Below the pieces are notes generated by a model, which did no database searches, was not told the origin of the DNA, and saw only the letters and a program-made list of their open reading frames with translations. 60,161 nt of DNA, taken from IMG/VR virus record IMGVR_UViG_3300049596_000421, positions 1 through 60,161 of that record. The stretch is one strand, 5' to 3'. Positions 21,556 to 30,850 of the stretch are shown here, one piece after another. Made by a program: the position numbers and the translations under genes. The stretch comes from a virus. Its lineage: Duplodnaviria > Caudoviricetes. Every line of letters begins with the position of its first letter. The first letter of the stretch is position 1.

Positions 21556-22815
21556 ATGTTTACACAAGAGATAAAAAATAAATTAAACGAATTATATCAA
21601 ACCACACCTGATTATGTTGGTGTTGGTTATGGTCGTAAAACAGTTCAGGGGTTTGAAACCGATGAGATGTCAATTGTTTTTACAGTCCCAAAAAAGAAAC
21701 CATTAAATGAAATTCCATTAAATGAACATTTACCTAAATTTGTTGAAATTAATGATACAATTTATAGGACAGATGTTCTTGAAATTGGGCAAGTTGTTAC
21801 AATGGCTGATTCCGTCGTTTGTAATAATCCTTTAATAAGTCCAGGTTGTTATACTTGGACACCATTAGGTTCTGTTAATCCTCCAAACAGGGCGAGTTAT
21901 AGACCATTAGTTGGTGGGATATCTTTAACTGCACAACGTTTAGCACCCGCTGTTGGAACATTAGGTTTAATCGTTGTAGATAGTTTAAGTCAAACATTAG
22001 TTGGATTAACAAATAATCACGTTGTTGTCCAAGACGCGTCATACACTAGTTATAGAAATTTAAATAGTAATATTATTGTTAATGAATATAAATCTTCAGC
22101 ATATCAAAATGGTGAAGTTGTTCCTTCAGTATCAACAAGAATTGGTGAAGTTGTTAGATATGTTCCATTAAAAAGTGAACCTGAATTAAATACTGTTGAT
22201 GGTGCGTTAGTTTCATTATGTGCTAACACTGTTAGTAACACAACATCTTTCACTCAATTAGGGATTAATTATAATCAACCTATGAAGTTTGCGACAACCG
22301 CCGAAATCAATAGTTTAACTGTAACACCAAGAACAATTTTAAGTAGTGGTAGAACATCAGGTGTAAAATCTGGTGATTGTGGATTAAAAATAAAACTTTT
22401 AGGTGGAACTGCTGTTGTTGGTTCGTATCCTTTACAGACTTCCGGCAGAACGGTTTCTTTTAATGATTTAATTGTTTTCACTAGATTAAGTGAGGGTTGT
22501 AATTTTCCAATTTATGGGGGTGATTCCGGTTCTGTCCTTATTGCAGATTTTAATGGTGAATATAAAATAATTGGATTAAATTTTGCTGGGTCATCTCAAG
22601 TTCCCGGTTCAACAACACAAATTGGTCAATTTGGTTATGCTTGTAGAATAGATAATGTCGCCTTTGAATTAGGTATTGAAGCTTGGAGTGGGAATTCTTT
22701 AAATACTGTAACAACTATTGAAAAAGTAATAACCCCTGGAGGTAGTCCTAATAAGACAATTATTGTCGATGGTAAAACATATTGGCAAGTAGGTTTATCA
22801 CCTTATTTAAACTAA
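21556..22815 (+). CDS. Trypsin-like (clan PA, Nal1-like) serine protease
   Basis: Triad motifs GTLG...GLTNNHVV (His), VDGALV (Asp) and GGDSGS (Ser); IIGLNFAGS. Confidence 0.8.
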   Translation: MFTQEIKNKLNELYQTTPDYVGVGYGRKTVQGFETDEMSIVFTVPKKKPLNEIPLNEHLPKFVEINDTIYRTDVLEIGQVVTMADSVVCNNPLISPGCYTWTPLGSVNPPNRASYRPLVGGISLTAQRLAPAVGTLGLIVVDSLSQTLVGLTNNHVVVQDASYTSYRNLNSNIIVNEYKSSAYQNGEVVPSVSTRIGEVVRYVPLKSEPELNTVDGALVSLCANTVSNTTSFTQLGINYNQPMKFATTAEINSLTVTPRTILSSGRTSGVKSGDCGLKIKLLGGTAVVGSYPLQTSGRTVSFNDLIVFTRLSEGCNFPIYGGDSGSVLIADFNGEYKIIGLNFAGSSQVPGSTTQIGQFGYACRIDNVAFELGIEAWSGNSLNTVTTIEKVITPGGSPNKTIIVDGKTYWQVGLSPYLN

Positions 22816-22840
22816 ATAAACAAAACAAACAAAATAATTT

Positions 22841-25474
22841 ATGCCATTTTCATCATCAATTTGTTTAACTAATATAGGAACATTACCATTAGGTAGTAAT
22901 GTGAATATTTATTCTAACGCAAACAATTACTCACCAGCATTTCAAACAAATATATCTCTTTCGGATTTAACATCAAATTGTCCATATATTTTAACTAATA
23001 TACCTGATGGGACAACGCAAATCAAATTTGAGGATACTGTATCTCATTGTTGTTATAATCTTATATTATCGCCAAATAACTTATGTGATTTATTTGATAT
23101 TCAAATATCAGGGTTTTCCTCAACAACTATCAGTCAAATTATTGCGGGGTTGTTAGTTGGTTCTGTTGATGCAAACATCACAGATTATGTGATTGATTGG
23201 TATGGACCTGACAATAATACAACAGTAGAATTTACATCAGGTTTTGGGACATTATTTGGTCCTTACGACCAAACACACCCATTCAATCGAATGTCTCTTC
23301 CGGGATATTATGCACCTATGATTAGACAAATACGAATTAATGGAATTAATTATTCAATAACAGGTGGTACAGGTTTTGTTCAAGCAAACATTGATTGTTT
23401 AAAAAACCAAATAGTTCAGGTATTTCCATCAAATTGTGTGGGTAATCGACAAGGTCCAAATTTGAATTGGGGTAATTATAATAATTTTTATTTTTCAGAT
23501 GGAGCGGCCTTTAATGCTGTTCCGGAATCATTGTCATTGGGGTTTGACCTTGATATTAACACCAATTATTTTGCTTGGCAATTTAAAGCCGAAAACGTTA
23601 GTGACACAATTAAACTAAGATTTGTTAGTGATAACTATCCACTACCAGGAATTGTTTTAGAATATTGGACTGTTGGTGATGAATATACTGAAACAAATTT
23701 TACAACACAACCAAAAGTGATGAAAGTTTACCCACAATCATTTTTTAAAAAAATAACAAATCTCACTAAGTTTTTACGAAGTGAAAATGATAAAATATTT
23801 ATTGAAATAACTCCAAACGCCTCAATAAGTAGAACAAATTGGGAATTATATTTTAATTGTTTAGATACTTTTGATTGTGAAACTTGTTTGGATACTACAT
23901 CACTTCCATATAAATTAATGTCAAACTCTGTATCTTTTAATGAGGGGTCTTGTGGTATATATGAATTTAGTGCCGCAGTATCAGGATGTACTTGTAATTC
24001 TATCTTTAATACGGACCTATATAGGTATATAATAGAGGGGAGTGGACTTCAACAAATTAATGGACCTTCATTGAATGGAAATATTTGTAGTACTAATTCT
24101 TTAGGAACTATAGTTTGGGGGGGTACAGTTTTTAGAAGTGCAATAGTTTGTTATCTATACCCAATATACCCTGTGAGATATGTTTGTGACCCTACACCAG
24201 GAGGTGTTACAACATTTGTTAAAAACAATAGTGGTGTTGGTGGTATTGGTAATATTTATATGACTTTTGAATTATTATCAGATTTAGAAGTGTATTTTAA
24301 TTCATATCAAAATAATGTTGTGGCGCAGGGATTAGGAACACCATTTGATAATACCAATATTAATTATTATCGTTATTTTTATTTAGATGTTCCTGTAATA
24401 CCATCAAACGACACATTTAGAACTTGTGCTTCTGATGCGAATTTAGTGCAAAGTTATCAAATACATACGTCAAGTGTGGTAACTACAGGATTTACAGAAA
24501 CTGTTTTTTGGATGAATGTTACAATGCCCACAACCACTTATAATATGAATTTTGATTCCTGTGATTTAGGTTGTGTGAATAGCGCATCTGGGGCAACAAT
24601 AGATATTAATCAAAATTCTTTAAGTCAATTTAATCAACAAAACTTTACTAGTTCTATTTCCGCAAAAAAACTTGAACCATTTAGTGGTTATTTTACCGTG
24701 TCACAAGTTAATAGCACAAATACTCCAGCAACAAGTGGTTCAATATGGTTAAATAATGTTATAAATGAAACCATACCAACATCGGGAAATACTTACACAC
24801 CAATACCGTCTTTATCGGCAACCACTTGTGATTTATCATCATATACTTCAGAATATTATCCAATACCATTATATCCATATATGGTATATAAAAAATCGTC
24901 TGGAGCTTATTATGCTAGAATAACTATATCAAACACTATTGATATAGTTTACAATTCAAGTAATCCACCTGTCTTAGTTTATTCGTATAATTTAACTACA
25001 CAAACTTTAGACTATATTAATAACTCTTATTTTACGGGGCCAAACATAATATTAACTAGCTCGTCATTTAATAATGGTAATTTTATAGCGGTCGGATTTA
25101 AAAATAACACCTACTGTTCTCAATTAAATAATTCACCTCAAATGAGTTGGAATGTAAATACTGAAACCTTACTACCAACTCAAACTATAACAAGTTATGA
25201 AATACTTTGTGAAGATTTAGATGCTTCAAACTTTATTCATTGGAAAGTAACGGGTATTAATCCAAACCAAACTAGTATTACTCAAAACGGTACTTGGATT
25301 AGTAATCCATCATTAGTTATTCACCCAACAGGATACCCTTCAGGTGATAGAGTAAATGGATGGAACGGACCTTGTCCACCTTCAGGGACTCATAATTATA
25401 GAGTTCAAGTGACTGCGAGATTATCTGATAATACCTCAATTATAAGTAATTATTTAACATTTAAATCAACATAA
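22841..25474 (+). CDS. Cys-rich putative structural protein with a C-terminal PEBP (YbhB/YbcL-like) domain
   Basis: C-terminus LTSSSFNNG...NSPQMSW...SYEILCEDLDA...FIHW...GWNGPCPPSGTHNY. Confidence 0.7.
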   Translation: MPFSSSICLTNIGTLPLGSNVNIYSNANNYSPAFQTNISLSDLTSNCPYILTNIPDGTTQIKFEDTVSHCCYNLILSPNNLCDLFDIQISGFSSTTISQIIAGLLVGSVDANITDYVIDWYGPDNNTTVEFTSGFGTLFGPYDQTHPFNRMSLPGYYAPMIRQIRINGINYSITGGTGFVQANIDCLKNQIVQVFPSNCVGNRQGPNLNWGNYNNFYFSDGAAFNAVPESLSLGFDLDINTNYFAWQFKAENVSDTIKLRFVSDNYPLPGIVLEYWTVGDEYTETNFTTQPKVMKVYPQSFFKKITNLTKFLRSENDKIFIEITPNASISRTNWELYFNCLDTFDCETCLDTTSLPYKLMSNSVSFNEGSCGIYEFSAAVSGCTCNSIFNTDLYRYIIEGSGLQQINGPSLNGNICSTNSLGTIVWGGTVFRSAIVCYLYPIYPVRYVCDPTPGGVTTFVKNNSGVGGIGNIYMTFELLSDLEVYFNSYQNNVVAQGLGTPFDNTNINYYRYFYLDVPVIPSNDTFRTCASDANLVQSYQIHTSSVVTTGFTETVFWMNVTMPTTTYNMNFDSCDLGCVNSASGATIDINQNSLSQFNQQNFTSSISAKKLEPFSGYFTVSQVNSTNTPATSGSIWLNNVINETIPTSGNTYTPIPSLSATTCDLSSYTSEYYPIPLYPYMVYKKSSGAYYARITISNTIDIVYNSSNPPVLVYSYNLTTQTLDYINNSYFTGPNIILTSSSFNNGNFIAVGFKNNTYCSQLNNSPQMSWNVNTETLLPTQTITSYEILCEDLDASNFIHWKVTGINPNQTSITQNGTWISNPSLVIHPTGYPSGDRVNGWNGPCPPSGTHNYRVQVTARLSDNTSIISNYLTFKST

Positions 25475-25484
25475 TAAAAAAACA

Positions 25485-25512
25485 CCCTCCCCTAAAAAGG
25501 AGGGATTTTTTT
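25485..25512 (+). terminator. Rho-independent terminator closing the accessory island
   Basis: ccctcc-cctaaaaa-ggaggg stem followed by a T7 run. Confidence 0.7.
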
Positions 25513-25518
25513 ACCTAT

Positions 25519-25551
25519 TTGACTTACTCAAAGATTTCCAATATATTTATA
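25519..25551 (+). promoter_or_regulatory. Sigma70-like promoter (TTGACT-N17-TATATT) overlapping a TATTTATA motif, upstream of the DNA polymerase
   Basis: TTGACT 25519-25524; TATATT 25542-25547; TATTTATA 25544-25551. Confidence 0.65.
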
Positions 25552-25609
25552 GAAACAAGACAAACCTGACGTAAGTCGGAGCCAATATGTCATTCTAAAA
25601 AATATATTT

Positions 25610-28399
25610 ATGGTAACACAAGAAGAAATTAAGGCATTCCTTGAAGGGAATGACCCCGAAGAGCACATAGTTGCTATCGAGTATGATTACGTCACCGACG
25701 CAATCTACAAAATTAAAGAAATCCCTGGTCAGGGAAAGATAATCAAAAAAGATACATTTACGGCATTTGCTTGGGTTGGAGACTTGAGAGATTTGAATTT
25801 TTATTCAAAATCTAAAGACTTACAAAAAGAGGCAATGAAAAAACACGGAATCATCATTGATAAGTTAGAAACCAAAGGTAATGAGAGATTAGAAAAAGGT
25901 CTTAAATTTATGGTTAAATCAATGAAAGGTTATCGTTCACTCATTCAATTTTTTAAAGAGGGTGGTGTCGACCCGTGGGGTGAAAAAACAAAAGGAAAAT
26001 TAACGGTACTTCCACCGGTTGAGCAGTTCCTTATCTCAAGAGAGAAAAGATTATTCAAAGGATATGAAGAATACAACGACATCACGAGACTCGGATTTGA
26101 CTTGGAGACGACTGCTCTTGAACCTAAAGACGGTCGTATATTTATGATTGGAATTAAAACCAACAAAGGATACCAAAAAGTTATTGAATGTGCTGACGAA
26201 GACCAAGAAAGAAGAGGGTTGGTGGAATTCTTTAACATCATTGATGAACTTAAACCATCAATCATTGGTGGATACAATTCTGCAAACTTTGACTGGTTTT
26301 GGATATTTGAGAGATGTAAAGCTCTTAACTTAGACATCAAAAAGATTGCAAAATCTTTAAACCCGGCAAGACCCATCTCTCAAAAGGATGGTATGTTAAA
26401 ACTTGCCAACGAGGTAGAAAGATTTTCACAAACTCAATTGTGGGGTTATAACATTATTGATATTATCCACTCAGTTCGTAGAGCTCAGGCAATTAACTCA
26501 AGTATTAAATCCGCCGGGTTAAAATACATTACTCAATACATTAAGGCTGAAGCTCCCGACCGAGTTTATATTGACCACTTAGAGATTGGACCGATGTATG
26601 CCAAAAAAGAGGAGTATTGGTTAAACGTTGAGAACGGAAAATATAAAAGAGCGGATAATCCGGACTTCAATAATTTAGACACAAGATTTCCGGGTAAATA
26701 CCTAAAGGTTACCGGAGATAACATTGTGGAGAGATATCTTGACGATGACTTAGAGGAAACGTTGACAGTGGATGATGAATTCAACCAAGGAACGTTTCTA
26801 TTAGCATCGATGGTACCAACAACATATGAGAGAGTTTCCACAATGGGAACCGCAACACTATGGAGAATGATTATGTTGGCTTGGTCATTCAAGAACAATT
26901 TGGCTATTCCTGCAAAAGAAGAGAAGACAGACTTCGTAGGAGGACTTTCAAGACTACTTAAGGTGGGTTACTCTACCAACGTACTAAAACTCGATTACTC
27001 TTCTCTATATCCATCTATTCAGTTAGTTCACGACGTGTTCCCTGAGTGTGATGTAATGGGTGGGATGAAAGGAATGTTAACATACTTCCGTAACGCTCGT
27101 ATTATGTATAAAAACTTGGCGTCCGAGTATAAGTCAACAGATTCTAAAAAATCACTATCATACGATAGAAAACAATTACCATTAAAAATCTTTATCAACT
27201 CGATGTTTGGTGGGTTATCCGCTCCACACGTTTATGAGTGGGGGGAGATGAATAGTGGGGAAAGAATTACCTGTACCGGAAGACAATATCTTCGTCAAAT
27301 GGTAAAATACTTTGTTAAGAGAGGATATACACCTTTGGTACTTGATACCGATGGGGTTAACTTTAGTTTACCTGAAGGTGGTGTTGACGATAGAGTTTAT
27401 ATCGGAAAAGGATTGAATTGGTTGGTTGAAGAAGGTAAAGAATATAGAGGATATTACGCCGACACCGCAGAATACAATGATTTGTTTATGAAAGGCGAGA
27501 TGGGGTTAGATTGTGATGGGACTTGGGATTCTTGTATTAACTTGAGTAGAAAAAATTACGCAACTATGGAATCTAATGGTAAAATTAAATTAACCGGGAA
27601 TTCAATTAAGTCTAAAAAATTACCATTATACATTGAGGTGTTTTTAGATAAAGGTGTGAAATTGTTATTGGAAGGAAAAGGACAAGAATTTATTGAGTGG
27701 TATTTTGAATATCACCAAAGGATATACAACCAACAAATACCATTAAAACAAATTGCCCAAAGAGCAAGAGTTAAACTATCTGTTGAAGATTATAAAAAGA
27801 GATGTGGTATGAAAACTAAAGCTGGTTCATTAATGAGTAGAATGGCTCATATGGAATTAGCAATCAAACACAATTTAAAAGTATCGTTAGGTGATGTAAT
27901 TAGTTATGTCAATAATGGATTAAAAGCGTCTCACGGAGATGTTCAAAAAATTACCAAAAATAATTACACTAAAAAAGCGTTAGATTTGTTCACATCAGTA
28001 AATGGTGTAGAACCTGAAGATAAATCTACCTCAACAATACAATTAAATTGTTATATGTTAGACCAAACTGAGATTGAGAATAACCCCGATTTAACAGGCG
28101 ACTACAATGTTGCAAGAGCAATCTCAACATTTAATAAAAAAGTCGAACCATTATTAATTGTTTTTAACAAGGAGTTAAGAGAAAGTTTATTAATTGCAAA
28201 CCCTGAAGATAGAGGGTTCTTTACTAAAACTCAGTGTGAATTAATTGGTGGTATTCCAAATAAAGAAGCCGACCAAGATACTATTGAGGATTTATTAACA
28301 ATTACTGATTTGGAATTAAAGTTTTGGGATAGAGTTGGAGTTAGCTCTGAATACATTTATGAACTGGCAGAACCGGGTTGGGAAGAACATATTAATTAA
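25610..28399 (+). CDS. Family B DNA polymerase with 3'-5' exonuclease domain
   Basis: ExoI FDLETT; ExoII GYNSANFDW; motif A LDYSSLYPS; motif B KIFINSMFG; motif C LDTDG. Confidence 0.95.
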   Translation: MVTQEEIKAFLEGNDPEEHIVAIEYDYVTDAIYKIKEIPGQGKIIKKDTFTAFAWVGDLRDLNFYSKSKDLQKEAMKKHGIIIDKLETKGNERLEKGLKFMVKSMKGYRSLIQFFKEGGVDPWGEKTKGKLTVLPPVEQFLISREKRLFKGYEEYNDITRLGFDLETTALEPKDGRIFMIGIKTNKGYQKVIECADEDQERRGLVEFFNIIDELKPSIIGGYNSANFDWFWIFERCKALNLDIKKIAKSLNPARPISQKDGMLKLANEVERFSQTQLWGYNIIDIIHSVRRAQAINSSIKSAGLKYITQYIKAEAPDRVYIDHLEIGPMYAKKEEYWLNVENGKYKRADNPDFNNLDTRFPGKYLKVTGDNIVERYLDDDLEETLTVDDEFNQGTFLLASMVPTTYERVSTMGTATLWRMIMLAWSFKNNLAIPAKEEKTDFVGGLSRLLKVGYSTNVLKLDYSSLYPSIQLVHDVFPECDVMGGMKGMLTYFRNARIMYKNLASEYKSTDSKKSLSYDRKQLPLKIFINSMFGGLSAPHVYEWGEMNSGERITCTGRQYLRQMVKYFVKRGYTPLVLDTDGVNFSLPEGGVDDRVYIGKGLNWLVEEGKEYRGYYADTAEYNDLFMKGEMGLDCDGTWDSCINLSRKNYATMESNGKIKLTGNSIKSKKLPLYIEVFLDKGVKLLLEGKGQEFIEWYFEYHQRIYNQQIPLKQIAQRARVKLSVEDYKKRCGMKTKAGSLMSRMAHMELAIKHNLKVSLGDVISYVNNGLKASHGDVQKITKNNYTKKALDLFTSVNGVEPEDKSTSTIQLNCYMLDQTEIENNPDLTGDYNVARAISTFNKKVEPLLIVFNKELRESLLIANPEDRGFFTKTQCELIGGIPNKEADQDTIEDLLTITDLELKFWDRVGVSSEYIYELAEPGWEEHIN

Positions 28400-28404
28400 A
28401 ACAG

Positions 28405-28433
28405 AAAAGGTGTCATATTCGACACCTTTTTTT
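28405..28433. terminator. Bidirectional terminator between convergent genes
   Basis: aaaaggtgtc-atattc-gacacctttt perfect stem, with a T run on one side and an A run on the other. Confidence 0.85.
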
Positions 28434-28776
28434 ATTCTAATTTTAATCCATCTGAACTCAGAATGTACCAGTTACCTTCAACTCTAAAGAACTCAACGGC
28501 AGCACCTCTATCAATAAGTATTTCGTCATATTGTTCATCAATTTGACCCATCATTGGTAAAATTAAGACTTTTGTTAAAGTTTTAATCACAATATGTTCT
28601 GTTGTGTTTTGGTCTAAAATTATTTTACAATAATCAATATCTTTAACTAAAATAAATTCTTCACCATTTGTTCTATGTTCCGGAATAGTAATTGTTTTAA
28701 TTGCCGTTCTATTCGGTAAATCAGACATTGCTCCGAATAATTTGTTACCAATTTTTGTTCTTGTTATAAAAGTCAT
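28432..28776 (-). CDS. Hypothetical protein (possibly structural)
   Basis: 114-aa ORF directly downstream of the neck gene on the same strand. Confidence 0.7.
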   Translation of the reverse strand: MTFITRTKIGNKLFGAMSDLPNRTAIKTITIPEHRTNGEEFILVKDIDYCKIILDQNTTEHIVIKTLTKVLILPMMGQIDEQYDEILIDRGAAVEFFRVEGNWYILSSDGLKLE

Positions 28777-28781
28777 ATAAA

Positions 28782-29903
28782 TTAAATTACGTATATTTGT
28801 CGTGGCATCGCTCTAAACTTTAATTGTTTGTTAAGGTTTTCCGCAATATTTGCTTCACGTTCCATAACCTTTTCAGGTTTTAATCTGGTTAATCTCCCCT
28901 CGGTACCAATTAATTCTTCAATTAGTTTTGTTTTTTCGTCTTTAGCTTCAGTTGCCAATGATGTATAATCCATTGTTAATTCACTGTCAGGTGTTTTAAC
29001 GTTACCACTAAATTTACCACGGACTCTTGCTAAAGTTTCTTTAACGTATGCGGTAAACCAACGACGAACCCAAACTTGAGCCGGATTATTTAAATCAATC
29101 CAATCAATTTCTTCAAATGGAACGTCTGATGGTAATGTAATAATATCAGGATTTGATTTAAGACATTTGTCTCTATCGGCAGGACCAACATCATAATACC
29201 AATACCATACTTTACCTCGTTTCATTGTTGCTTGTCCAAAGTCAAATTTACCTCCGGGTACTTGCATTAAATGTAACGCCTTTTTACCCTCAGGTAAAGC
29301 GGTAATTCTATATGTTAAATCACCAGCAATTATTCTTCTTTGGATATTGTTTTCTTGTAACCTTAATAGCATATCAAAGGCTGGCATCATAAACATAGAA
29401 CCTGACATACCCATTTGTGCAAAACCACCGGGACCCCCCATTCCGGCAGCACCTAACGAACCAAAAGACCAAGGGTCTAATAATATACTATTAAGTTCTG
29501 CGGGTGTGTACCACATAATTTCGTTAATTTCTCTATTTGCGGGAATTTCGTAAATTTGTTGTCCGGGAACTAAATCTATAAAATCTTTTTTAAGTTCCCA
29601 ATCACCACCGGCTTGTAGTCCAACAATTTTTGAATAAGCGTAGGTATATCGAGTTTCATAATCTAAACTTTTAGTTATGAATGCTCGTGATAATGATTGT
29701 GTATCTAAATTTAGATTATATAATGATGTCCATTGAGATTCAATTAACCAATCTTGAACATATTGTGAATAATCGCTAATTGATAGTTCCAGTAAACTAT
29801 CCATCATTTCGTCTTCAATTTCTACTGAACGAAGTGGTGCTCCAAGTAAGTGTTTAATTCTTGTATAGAGTTTGGTTCTTTCCGGTTCTGATATAATCGC
29901 CAT
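28782..29903 (-). CDS. Neck / head-tail adaptor protein (T4 gp13-like)
   Basis: RIKHLLGAPLRSVEIEDE resembles the gp13-like N-terminus; WVRRWFTAYVKETLARVRGKF...LTMD in the C-terminal part. Confidence 0.7.
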   Translation of the reverse strand: MAIISEPERTKLYTRIKHLLGAPLRSVEIEDEMMDSLLELSISDYSQYVQDWLIESQWTSLYNLNLDTQSLSRAFITKSLDYETRYTYAYSKIVGLQAGGDWELKKDFIDLVPGQQIYEIPANREINEIMWYTPAELNSILLDPWSFGSLGAAGMGGPGGFAQMGMSGSMFMMPAFDMLLRLQENNIQRRIIAGDLTYRITALPEGKKALHLMQVPGGKFDFGQATMKRGKVWYWYYDVGPADRDKCLKSNPDIITLPSDVPFEEIDWIDLNNPAQVWVRRWFTAYVKETLARVRGKFSGNVKTPDSELTMDYTSLATEAKDEKTKLIEELIGTEGRLTRLKPEKVMEREANIAENLNKQLKFRAMPRQIYVI

Positions 29904-29920
29904 ATAGGTTTGTTTTTCTA

Positions 29921-29928
29921 TATAAATA
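29921..29928 (-). promoter_or_regulatory. TATTTATA motif on the minus strand upstream of the neck gene
   Basis: Reads tataaata on the plus strand, 17 nt from the ATG at 29903. Confidence 0.55.
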
Positions 29929-30813
29929 TCAGCTAAGAGTATAAATTAAATTTTCTTCGGGGAAAACAAAGTTACCATCTTTAATTTTACTATTTTTATT
30001 ATCAAATATTAAAACTTCTTTATTGTTTTTGGCAAATATTATCCAATCTGTGTGATATTTTTTAACATTCCCTGAACCCATTACTATAGAGTATTTATTA
30101 TCTGTTACAAAATGAGTAAATGGTTTAATTTGTGCGGTTTTTAATTCACCATCAATTTTTATTTCACAATCAATTCCGTCAATCATATCCTCTTTACTAC
30201 CAAGTTTCCCAACGGCTTTAACGTTATCATTACCAAATTGTTTTTTAAGGATTTCAATTGTTGTGTCTTCACGTTTTTGACCCCAAGCGTGAGTTTGTCC
30301 TAAAACCATCATAAGAGATTGAAACGTTGTTGAGTTTGTGTCAAATATCCTATCTTTATACTCATCAATAACATCAACAAATCGTTTAGTTTCTTTTAGT
30401 TGTTCAAACACACTAGGATTATGGAATGAAATTGGTTGTTGTTTTGTGTGTAATAAAACTTTATTAACATCTCTAAGAAGAACACAAAAACAACTATAGT
30501 TTGTATTCAATTTGTTAATTACTGAACGTCCTTCTTGTTCTAAATCATATATTCCGGACATTTCACCTTCACCATATTTACCCCAACCATAGTAATTATT
30601 AGGGAAAACATCTTTTAGTATAAGATTAATTGAGTTTTTAAATAAATTCTTAACACCGGGGTTTATGTTAAATATTTGTCTAATTTCCTCAACTTTTGAT
30701 GAGGTACATTTTTCAGCTTTGGATTCCGATAACACTAAAGTTATTTTTCTATCCGTTTCATTTTTTTTAATCTCTTTAATTAATAGATTAACTTTGTTTT
30801 CTGTATTTTTCAT
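29929..30813 (-). CDS. Hypothetical protein with a possible C-terminal PD-(D/E)xK-like nuclease domain
   Basis: WGQKRE...EDMIDGIDCEI...TAQIKP pattern. Confidence 0.45.
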   Translation of the reverse strand: MKNTENKVNLLIKEIKKNETDRKITLVLSESKAEKCTSSKVEEIRQIFNINPGVKNLFKNSINLILKDVFPNNYYGWGKYGEGEMSGIYDLEQEGRSVINKLNTNYSCFCVLLRDVNKVLLHTKQQPISFHNPSVFEQLKETKRFVDVIDEYKDRIFDTNSTTFQSLMMVLGQTHAWGQKREDTTIEILKKQFGNDNVKAVGKLGSKEDMIDGIDCEIKIDGELKTAQIKPFTHFVTDNKYSIVMGSGNVKKYHTDWIIFAKNNKEVLIFDNKNSKIKDGNFVFPEENLIYTLS

Positions 30814-30850
30814 AAAGGCTTGTTTTAATATAAATATCTAAACAACCGAA

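Noticed and set aside
3892-25474. Diversity-generating retroelement acting on the fibre genes
   Set aside because: No reverse transcriptase is in the window. The duplicated segments are either identical or diverged at all base types, not specifically at adenines.
1-28399. Eukaryotic giant virus or bacterial chromosome origin, suggested by the glycosyltransferases and PolB
   Set aside because: The linked sheath, tube, neck, tape measure, baseplate and gp32/UvsX-like genes, plus bacterial-type promoters and terminators, indicate a tailed phage.
25610-28399. Intein or intron in the DNA polymerase
   Set aside because: The ORF is continuous with normal motif spacing and has no recognisable intein or homing-endonuclease motifs.
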